Virus record (IMG/VR): IMGVR_UViG_2534681604_000007
Source of the DNA: a virus
Taxonomy: Duplodnaviria > Heunggongvirae > Uroviricota > Caudoviricetes
Strand: one strand, 5' to 3'
Length of the DNA: 5,101 bases
The notes beneath the pieces are model-generated. The model was given only the letters and a program-made list of their open reading frames with translations, was not told the DNA's origin and searched no databases. The translations under genes and the position numbers were made by a program. The first letter of the stretch is position 1. The number at the start of each line of letters is the position of its first letter. Shown piece by piece: positions 1 to 5,101 of this stretch.

Positions 1-1074
1 TCATTTGTCGATTTCAATTTTGTCCCATTCCCGTCCACGGCTGTCCCTATACCGCGCCGCCATTGAATCTGATTTATGCCCGAGAAGACGTTGAGCAAAC
101 TTATCGCCAATCTGGTTCCGGTATAGCCTCGCCGACAGGCTACGCAGTTCATGGAATGTTGGCGGGTCTCCATCAAATGAGAGTCCAGATGCATTTCTCG
201 CCTTTGTAAAATACTTCGATACTGTTTTCGGGGAAAGTGGTTCGTGATGCGTTGATGCAATTATTGTTTCACTGCCGCTGGCCTTCCTGCATTTCTGTAG
301 TGTATCAGCCAATGAGATATTGAGCGCGTCAATCCTTAGCGTCAGCGGAATGGCGAGCTTAGCCCCTGTTTTACCCTGTTCAATGTGAAGATGGTTGTCG
401 TTTATGTCTGACCATTTCATTCTGCACAAATCGCCGACTCTCTGCCCTGTAACGACAGCCAAATCCATCGCCAGTCTTAGCCAGATTGGGAGAGGTTCGG
501 CTGCATGGTAAATCTCGACATACTCATTAGCTGTCAGCCTTGAGCGCCTTACTTCTGACTTTGCTGTGCGGGTTGCTGTTACCGGATTCGTTGCTACATG
601 CCCCTCGGCTATTGCCTCACGAAAAACGTCAACAAGGGTTGACCTGATTAATTTTGCGGAAGCCGCTTTACCTTCTGCTACGTAGGTGTTTAGCATTGCT
701 GCCACCTCTTTCGTTGATATGTCAGCGAGCGGTTTGTCCGGCAATTTTCTTCGGATTGCCCTGATTTTGCTGGCGTAGTCGAGTAGAGTTTTCGGCCTGA
801 TACCCCTCTCGCTGAGGATTGTTTCATATCGGTCAAGCCACGCATGAAGAGTGATTACGTCAGCGCCTTTAATTCTGTCTATCAGTGACTCACGCCTGTT
901 CTCGGATAGTAACTCAATATTGGCCTGAATAGCCTCTGAAACTGCTATCCTTCTGTCTCTGCCTAATCCGAACTCTTTACCCGTCCTTGGGTCTCTGTAG
1001 CAGTAATATCCATTGTTTCTTATATAAAGGTTAGGGGGTAAATCCCGGCGCTCATGACTTCGCCTTCTTCCCAT
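1..1074 (-). CDS. int: Lambda-family tyrosine site-specific integrase (356 aa)
   Basis: Translation starts MGRRRSHERRDLPPNLYIRNNGYYCYRDPRTGKEFGLGRDRR, as I recall for the lambda Int arm-binding N-terminus. Catalytic residues are present in the expected contexts: R in GQRVGDL, K in EQGKTG, H..R in FHELRSLSARLY, H in LLGHKSD, Tyr in AARYRD. ATG at 1074..1072 lies inside xis, as in lambda; TGA at 3..1. Confidence 0.96.
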   Translation of the reverse strand: MGRRRSHERRDLPPNLYIRNNGYYCYRDPRTGKEFGLGRDRRIAVSEAIQANIELLSENRRESLIDRIKGADVITLHAWLDRYETILSERGIRPKTLLDYASKIRAIRRKLPDKPLADISTKEVAAMLNTYVAEGKAASAKLIRSTLVDVFREAIAEGHVATNPVTATRTAKSEVRRSRLTANEYVEIYHAAEPLPIWLRLAMDLAVVTGQRVGDLCRMKWSDINDNHLHIEQGKTGAKLAIPLTLRIDALNISLADTLQKCRKASGSETIIASTHHEPLSPKTVSKYFTKARNASGLSFDGDPPTFHELRSLSARLYRNQIGDKFAQRLLGHKSDSMAARYRDSRGREWDKIEIDK

Positions 1075-1270
1075 TTCTGATCCTCTTCAAAAGACTACCT
1101 GTTACTGGTCGATTTAAGTCAACCTTTACCGCTGATTCGTGGAACAGATACTCTCTTCCATCCTTAACCGGAGGAGGGAATATCCTGCATTCGCGCACCC
1201 ATCGACGAACTGTTTCAAGGCTTCTTGGGCGTCGCTGGCGTGCGTTCCACTCCTGAAGTGTCAAGTACAT
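1052..1270 (-). CDS. xis: Excisionase Xis (72 aa)
   Basis: Translation MYLTLQEWNARQRRPRSLETVRRWVRECRIFPPPVKDGREYLFHESAVKVDLNRPVTG..KRIRNGKKAKS matches lambda Xis as I recall it. Its 3' end overlaps the int start by 23 nt. GGAG lies about 9 nt upstream of the ATG at 1270..1268. Confidence 0.95.
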   Translation of the reverse strand: MYLTLQEWNARQRRPRSLETVRRWVRECRIFPPPVKDGREYLFHESAVKVDLNRPVTGSLLKRIRNGKKAKS

Positions 1271-1282
1271 CGCAAAGTCTCC

Positions 1283-1296
1283 GCAATTACACGCAA
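1283..1296 (-). promoter_or_regulatory. CII-type activator box (TTGC-N6-TTGC) of a pI-like promoter for int
   Basis: Minus strand reads TTGCGTGTAATTGC immediately upstream of the xis ATG (context TTGCGTGTAATTGCGGAGACTTTGCGATGTAC). TTGC-N6-TTGC is the established CII recognition architecture of lambda pRE/pI/paQ. The position just 5' of xis matches where lambda pI sits. Confidence 0.55.
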
Positions 1297-1322
1297 GAAA
1301 AAACCGCCATCAGGCGGTTTGG
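1297..1322 (-). terminator. Candidate intrinsic terminator between the zinc-ribbon gene and pI/xis; the hairpin is symmetric and could also act on the plus strand
   Basis: Minus strand: AAACCGCC-TGAT-GGCGGTTT followed by TTTCTT (8-bp GC-rich stem, 4-nt loop, U-run). Plus strand: AAAAAACCGCCATCAGGCGGTTTGGTGTTCTTT. Confidence 0.5.
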
Positions 1323-1360
1323 TGTTCTTTCAGTTCTTCAATTCGAATATTGGTTACGTC

Positions 1361-1672
1361 TTATTCGATGCGCACTCCTGGTATTTCGCCTTTTGATATT
1401 GCTAAGTCATAAATTTGTGCAGCACTATACCCATCTCGCATCCATGAATCTAAGGCGCGAACAGCCTCGCTACGTTTTTTATTCTCCCTCTCATTTTTGA
1501 TATCAACGAGGACATCAACGCAATTAAGGCAAATGTGGATTTTGTCCTTACATTCGATCATGGCGGCTTTACCATGATTTCCACCACACAGTGAGCATAA
1601 ATCTTCAGGGTCTAGCTGGTATTTCTGTAACGTTAGAGGGTTGAATGTTGAACAGACCATAATCATCTCCAT
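1361..1672 (-). CDS. Hypothetical C4 zinc-ribbon protein (103 aa); sits where lambda carries ea8.5, but homology was not verified
   Basis: Intact 103-codon ORF in operon orientation, TAA at 1363..1361. Cys pairs CSLC ... CLNC plus an extra Cys in IECK suggest a zinc ribbon. Three in-frame ATGs at codons 1, 3 and 5 (MEMIMV) leave the true start ambiguous. Confidence 0.65.
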   Translation of the reverse strand: MEMIMVCSTFNPLTLQKYQLDPEDLCSLCGGNHGKAAMIECKDKIHICLNCVDVLVDIKNERENKKRSEAVRALDSWMRDGYSAAQIYDLAISKGEIPGVRIE

Positions 1673-1697
1673 AAAACAAAACTCGCCGTAGCGAGTT
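1673..1697 (-). terminator. Candidate intrinsic terminator abutting the start of the zinc-ribbon gene
   Basis: Minus strand: AACTCGC-TACG-GCGAGTT followed by TTGTTTT, then directly ATG. 7-bp perfect stem, 4-nt loop, U-rich tail. Confidence 0.45.
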
Positions 1698-1731
1698 CAG
1701 ATAAAAGAAATCCCCGCGAGTGCGAGGATTG

Positions 1732-2016
1732 TTATTCATTGCTGATATTCACCTTTATCGCGAACACCTTTACCGGTTTATCGCCAAAGTGCGGATGTGT
1801 GATTGTCTTCACTTCATATCCGTCATACGGAACATCAATTCTGCGACTGGAATCGTCGCGCTTCGGATATCCCTTTGTGATAATCAGGCGGTTATACTTA
1901 CGGTTAACGAGGCGCTTTTTCCAGTAGTCATTACACAGGCGATACTCTTCCGTTTTCTCTCCGCGAATCATGGCATCGAAGTATTCACTTTTCACAGCAA
2001 GTTGCAGGTTAGCCAT
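1732..2016 (-). CDS. ASCH-like (PUA-fold) domain protein, 94 aa from the ATG
   Basis: ORF MANLQLAVKSEYFDAMIRGEKTEEYRLCNDYWKKRL...; the RGEKTEEYR segment fits the ASCH GxKxxExR signature. GGGGGA lies 7 nt upstream of the ATG at 2016..2014; an in-frame GTG at 2019..2017 is a less likely start. The ATG shares one nucleotide with the TGA of the upstream TraR-like gene (TGATG). Confidence 0.7.
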   Translation of the reverse strand: MANLQLAVKSEYFDAMIRGEKTEEYRLCNDYWKKRLVNRKYNRLIITKGYPKRDDSSRRIDVPYDGYEVKTITHPHFGDKPVKVFAIKVNISNE

Positions 2017-2237
2017 CACTTAATCCCCCTTTGTTTGCGGATAAGCTCCAGATCTTGCTGGCAACTTGCACAAGTCCGACAACCCTGAATGGCCAGTCGT
2101 CTTCGTTCATCTATCGAATCGCCACACTCACAACAATGAGTGGCAGATACAGCCTGGTGGTTCAGGCGGCGCATTTTTATTGCTGTGTTGCGTTGTAATT
2201 CTTCTATTTCTGATGCTGAATCAATGATGTCTGCCAT
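2016..2237 (-). CDS. TraR/DksA-family C4 zinc-finger protein (73 aa), likely an RNA polymerase secondary-channel binder; same size as lambda Orf73
   Basis: Translation MADIIDSASEIEELQRNTAIKMRRLNHQAVSATHCCECGDSIDERRRLAIQGCRTCASCQQDLELIRKQRGIK has an N-terminal acidic helix and CxxC...CxxC spacing typical of TraR (F plasmid) and lambda Orf73. ATG at 2237..2235, TGA at 2018..2016. Confidence 0.85.
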   Translation of the reverse strand: MADIIDSASEIEELQRNTAIKMRRLNHQAVSATHCCECGDSIDERRRLAIQGCRTCASCQQDLELIRKQRGIK

Positions 2238-2290
2238 CTTCCATTAATCCCTGAATTGTTGGTTAATACGCTTGAGGGTGAATGCGAACA

Positions 2291-2313
2291 ATAAAAAAGG
2301 AGCCTGTAGCTCC
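2291..2313 (-). terminator. Candidate intrinsic terminator between the 71-aa ORF and the TraR-like gene
   Basis: Minus strand: GGAGC-TACAG-GCTCC followed by TTTTTTATT. Short 5-bp stem but a strong U-tract. Confidence 0.4.
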
Positions 2314-2335
2314 ATGATGATTTTGTTTTTCATGC

Positions 2336-2551
2336 TCACCGTTCCTTAAAGACGCCGTTTAACATGCCGATCGCCAGGCTTAAATGAGTCGGTGTGAATC
2401 CCATCATCGTTACTGTTTCGTGGTGCTTCTTCAGTACGCTACGGCAAATGTCATCGACGTTTTTATCCGGACACTGCTGTCTGGCTTTTTTGATTTCAGA
2501 ATTAGCCTGACGGGCAATGCTGCGAAGGGTGTTTTCCTGCTGAGGTGTCAT
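2336..2551 (-). CDS. Hypothetical protein (71 aa from ATG at 2551)
   Basis: ORF MTPQQENTLRSIARQANSEIKKARQQCPDKNVDDICRSVLKKHHETVTMMGFTPTHLSLAIGMLNGVFKER. Its ATG overlaps the TGA of the 27-codon small ORF (ATGA). The track's longer 104-aa version starts at a TTG. Weak SD (GGGG about 10 nt upstream), so coupling is probably needed. Confidence 0.5.
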   Translation of the reverse strand: MTPQQENTLRSIARQANSEIKKARQQCPDKNVDDICRSVLKKHHETVTMMGFTPTHLSLAIGMLNGVFKER

Positions 2552-2631
2552 TGAACAAGCCCCATGTCGGCAAGCATAAGCACGCAGAATATGAAGCCCG
2601 CTGCCAGAAAAATGCATTCCGTGGTTGTCAT
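2548..2631 (-). CDS. Unlisted 27-codon small ORF encoding a hydrophobic, probably single-pass membrane peptide (MTTTECIFLAAGFIFCVLMLADMGLVQ)
   Basis: Hand translation of the minus strand: GGAGG-CTGC-ATG at 2631..2629, followed by 26 sense codons and TGA at 2550..2548. The ATG overlaps the methyltransferase TGA (ATGA) and its TGA overlaps the ATG of the 71-aa ORF (ATGA). Codons are common E. coli ones (CTG, GCG, GGC, TTC, GCC, GAC). Below the ORF-track length cutoff. Confidence 0.45.
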   Translation of the reverse strand: MTTTECIFLAAGFIFCVLMLADMGLVQ

Positions 2632-3185
2632 GCAGCCTCCCGACGGGCAAGAATCCTTGAGCCGAACGCCATCAACTCGCCACGATCAACGGTCGTAAAG
2701 TGGCAGTGTGTACGGGGGTATGGGTGCCAGATAATGAGCATCGAGCCTTTATTATTTCCACTGACGGGTTTCCCGGTGAGTGGGTTAATAAATGCCAGTC
2801 GTCCTGCCGTGATGAATCTGACCTCACTGGCGGTTTGTATCGCTTCATGAAACCATCCGACAGATGTGTCAGCAGGCAATAACATTACACATCCCACACT
2901 ACTGAATTTGTTTTCAGTGGCTGCCTTTTTCACAAAAGGGGAAATATTGCTGTATGGTGGATTCAACCAGACATAACCAGAGGCATATCCCATTGCTTCA
3001 GGCCATGAAGTGGTTAATGTGTTCTGCTCCTGTGAGATAAAAAGCCGACATAGTCGGTTTTTTTCGTTGGCTGCAGCATCAAGTTGAAAATCGAACTCTG
3101 CATTCAGCGCAGCAAAAATCTCTGGTGGTGTGCGCCAGCTGTCGCGATGTTCGGCAGGAGTATTGCTTCCGGTGAAATCAGTCAT
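2628..3185 (-). CDS. Phage Dam-family (T1-type) DNA N6-adenine methyltransferase, 185 aa
   Basis: Translation contains the catalytic NPPY tetrapeptide (VWLNPPYSN) and the N-terminal WRTPPEIFAALNAEFDFQLDAAAN segment characteristic of the small phage Dam family. GGGGGG lies 4 nt upstream of the ATG at 3185..3183; TGA at 2630..2628. Confidence 0.88.
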   Translation of the reverse strand: MTDFTGSNTPAEHRDSWRTPPEIFAALNAEFDFQLDAAANEKNRLCRLFISQEQNTLTTSWPEAMGYASGYVWLNPPYSNISPFVKKAATENKFSSVGCVMLLPADTSVGWFHEAIQTASEVRFITAGRLAFINPLTGKPVSGNNKGSMLIIWHPYPRTHCHFTTVDRGELMAFGSRILARREAA

Positions 3186-3336
3186 ACAGCCCCCCGTTTA
3201 TTATTTATCTCCTCAGCCAGCCGCTGTGCTTTCAGTGGATTTCTGATAACAGAAAGGCCGGGAAATACCCAGCCTCGCTTTGTAACGGAGTAGACGAAAG
3301 TGATTGCGCCTACCCGGATATTATCGTGAGGATGCG

Positions 3337-4017
3337 TCATCGCCATTGCTCCCCAAATACAAAACCAATTTCAGCCAGTGCCTCGTCCATTTTTTCGATG
3401 AACTCCGGCACCATCTCGTCAAAACTCGCCATGTACTTTTCATTCCGCTCAATCACGACATAATGCAGGCCTTCACGCTTCATGCGCGGGTCATAGTTGG
3501 CAAAGTACCAGGCATCTTTTCGCGTCACCCACATGCTGTACTGCACCTGGGCCATGTAAGCCGACTTTATGGCCTCGAAACCACCGAGCCGGAACTTCAT
3601 GAAATCCCGGGAGGTAAACGGGCATTTCAGTTCAAGGCCGTTGCCGTCACTGCATAAACCATCGGGAGAGCAGGCGGTGCGCATACTTTCGTCGCGATAG
3701 ATGATCGGGGATTCAGTAACATTCACGCCGGAAGTGAACTCAAAGAGGGCTCTGGCGTCGTTCTCGTACTGTTTTCCCCAGGCCAGCGCCTTAGCGTTAA
3801 CTTCCGGAGCCACACCGGTGCAAACCTCGGCAAGCAGGGTGTGGAAGTAGGACATTTTCATGTCAGGCCATTTCTTTCCGGAGCGGGGTTTTGCTATCAC
3901 ATTGTGAACCTCTGAAGCGGTGATGACGCCGAGCCGTAATTTGTGCCACGCATCATCCCCCTGTTCGACAGCTCTCACGTCGATCCCGGTACGCTGCAGG
4001 ATAATGTCCGGTGTCAT
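3337..4017 (-). CDS. exo: Lambda exonuclease (Red-alpha), 226 aa
   Basis: Translation [65 protein letters not shown]...GEQWR matches lambda Exo as I recall it. ATG overlaps the bet stop (ATGA at 4017..4014). Confidence 0.97.
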   Translation of the reverse strand: MTPDIILQRTGIDVRAVEQGDDAWHKLRLGVITASEVHNVIAKPRSGKKWPDMKMSYFHTLLAEVCTGVAPEVNAKALAWGKQYENDARALFEFTSGVNVTESPIIYRDESMRTACSPDGLCSDGNGLELKCPFTSRDFMKFRLGGFEAIKSAYMAQVQYSMWVTRKDAWYFANYDPRMKREGLHYVVIERNEKYMASFDEMVPEFIEKMDEALAEIGFVFGEQWR

Positions 4018-4799
4018 GCTGCCACCTTCTGCTCAGTGGCTTTCTGTTTCAGGAATCCAAGAGCTTTCACTGCTTCGGCCTGTGTCAGTTCTGACGATGC
4101 TCGAATGTCGCGGCGAAATATCTGGGAACAGAGCGGCAATAAGTCGTCATCCCATGTTTTATCCAGGGCAATCAGCAGAGTGTTAATCTCCTGCATGGTT
4201 TCATCGTTAACCGGAGTGATGTCGCGTTCCGGCTGACGTTCTGCAGTGTATGCGGTATTTTCGACAATGCGCTCGGCTTCATCCTTGTCATAGATACCAG
4301 CAAATCCGAAGGCGAGACGGGCACACTGAATCATGGCTTTATGCCGTAACATCCGTTTGGGATGCGACTGCCACGGCCCCGTGATTTCTCTGCCTTCGCG
4401 GGTTTTGAATGGTTCGCGGCGGCATTCATCCATCCACTCGGTAACGCAGATCGGATGATTGCGGTCCTTGCGGTAAATCCGGCATGTGCAGGATTCATTG
4501 TCCTGCTCAAAGTCCATGCCATCAAACTGCTGGTTTTCATTGATGATACGGGACCAGCCATCAACGCCCACCACCGGAACGATGCCGTTCTGCTTGTCAG
4601 GGAAGGCGTAAATTTCTTTCGTCCACGGATTAAGGCCGTACTGGTTGGCGACGATCAGCAATGCGATGAACTGCGCATCGCTGGCATCACCTTTAAATGC
4701 CGTCTGGCGAAGAGTGGTGATCAGTTCCTGTGGGTCGACAGAATCCATGCCGACGCGTTCAGCCAGCTTCCCAGCCAGCGTTGCGAGTGCTGTACTCAT
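4014..4799 (-). CDS. bet: Single-strand annealing protein Bet (Red-beta), 261 aa
   Basis: Translation [85 protein letters not shown]... matches lambda Bet as I recall it. ATG at 4799..4797 follows the gam TAA (4807..4805) by 5 nt. Confidence 0.97.
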   Translation of the reverse strand: MSTALATLAGKLAERVGMDSVDPQELITTLRQTAFKGDASDAQFIALLIVANQYGLNPWTKEIYAFPDKQNGIVPVVGVDGWSRIINENQQFDGMDFEQDNESCTCRIYRKDRNHPICVTEWMDECRREPFKTREGREITGPWQSHPKRMLRHKAMIQCARLAFGFAGIYDKDEAERIVENTAYTAERQPERDITPVNDETMQEINTLLIALDKTWDDDLLPLCSQIFRRDIRASSELTQAEAVKALGFLKQKATEQKVAA

Positions 4800-4804
4800 C
4801 CGTT

Positions 4805-5101
4805 TTATACCTCTGAATCAATATCAACCTGGTGGTGAGCAATGGTTTCAACCATGTACCGGATGTGTTCTGCCATGCGCTCCTGAAACTCAACATCGTC
4901 ATCAAACGCACGGGTAATGGCTTTTTTGCTGGCCCCGTGGCGTTGTAAATGATCGATGCAGAGTGATTCAAACAGGTGCTGGGGCAGACCTTTTTCCATG
5001 TCGTCTGCCAGTTCTGCCTCTTTCTCTTCACGGGCGATCTGCTGGTAGTGACGCGTCCAGCTCTGAGCCTCAAGACGATCCTGAATGTAATAAGCGTTCA
5101 T
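4805..5101 (-). CDS. gam: Gam, RecBCD inhibitor; 5' end truncated by the window edge (visible part is the 98-aa GamS-equivalent portion)
   Basis: Translation [95 protein letters not shown] matches the C-terminal 98 residues of lambda Gam as I recall it. The reading frame stays open to the last base of the window. Confidence 0.92.
   Translation of the reverse strand: MNAYYIQDRLEAQSWTRHYQQIAREEKEAELADDMEKGLPQHLFESLCIDHLQRHGASKKAITRAFDDDVEFQERMAEHIRYMVETIAHHQVDIDSEV

Larger units (their letters stand above)
1..5101. mobile_element. Segment of a lambdoid phage/prophage early-left operon: Red recombination module (gam-bet-exo), accessory cassette, and xis-int integration module
   Basis: Collinear minus-strand order gam, bet, exo ... 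xis, int, with proteins matching my recollection of lambda Gam, Bet, Exo, Xis and Int; overlapping or tightly packed start/stop junctions typical of phage operons. Confidence 0.9.

Noticed and set aside
1-60. Looked for the attP core or arm sites next to int
   Set aside because: The window starts exactly at the int stop codon. In lambda attP lies beyond the 3' end of int, so it would be outside this window; nothing can be called here.
1139-1500. Plus-strand ORFs 1139..1396 (85 aa) and 1225..1500 (91 aa)
   Set aside because: Antisense to xis, the pI/terminator region and the zinc-ribbon gene. Low-complexity, hydrophobic translations, no SD, and they run against the operon orientation.
1732-2019. 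GTG start at 2019 for the ASCH-like gene
   Set aside because: An ATG one codon downstream (2016..2014) has better spacing (7 nt) from the GGGGGA SD. The GTG remains possible, but the ATG was preferred.
1720-2088. Plus-strand ORFs 1720..2088 (122 aa) and 1739..1927 (62 aa)
   Set aside because: Entirely antisense to the ASCH-like and TraR-like genes, which have recognisable domain signatures. Likely shadow ORFs.
2336-2650. Track ORF of 104 aa with the start drawn at 2650
   Set aside because: The codon at 2650..2648 is TTG and lies inside the methyltransferase coding region. The first plausible ATG starts are at 2617 (93 aa, poor SD, rarer codons) or 2551 (71 aa, ATGA-coupled). I annotated the 71-aa version and flagged the ambiguity.
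2545-3293. Plus-strand ORFs 2545..2850, 2700..2882 and 3084..3293
   Set aside because: Antisense to the methyltransferase cassette. No recognisable motifs and no SD. The methyltransferase frame carries a clear NPPY signature on the opposite strand.
3304-4917. Plus-strand ORFs 3304..3657, 3920..4186, 3943..4236, 4362..4838 and 4645..4917
   Set aside because: Antisense to exo, bet and gam, whose translations match my recollection of the lambda proteins. These are shadow ORFs.
4759-5073. Minus-strand ORF 4759..5073 (104 aa) overlapping gam in another frame
   Set aside because: Out-of-frame overlap with gam and the bet start. The Ser/Thr/Arg-rich translation has no domain features. The gam frame is the recognised one.
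1-5101. CRISPR arrays, tRNA/rRNA genes, insertion-sequence inverted repeats or transposases
   Set aside because: No direct-repeat/spacer periodicity, no cloverleaf-like or rRNA-like segments, and no transposase-like ORFs were seen. Every coding stretch is accounted for by the phage genes listed.

Overview
The window is a contiguous piece of a lambdoid (lambda-like) phage or prophage early-left operon, with every supported gene on the minus strand. Reading in the direction of transcription (high to low coordinates) it runs: gam (5' end cut by the window edge), bet, exo, a variable accessory cassette, xis, int. The window begins exactly at the int stop codon, so attP is not included. The accessory cassette (about 1361..3185) holds a phage Dam-family N6-adenine methyltransferase, a hidden 27-codon hydrophobic small ORF, a 71-aa hypothetical, a TraR/DksA-family zinc-finger protein, an ASCH-like protein and a zinc-ribbon protein. 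Gene identifications rest on reading the supplied translations and on recall of lambda protein sequences; no database search or alignment was run. Three candidate intrinsic terminators and a pI-like CII box (TTGC-N6-TTGC) upstream of xis are visible. No tRNA, rRNA, CRISPR array or transposase was seen. The best candidate for an undescribed system is the translationally coupled methyltransferase / small membrane peptide / 71-aa protein trio; this is a hypothesis, not a demonstrated function.
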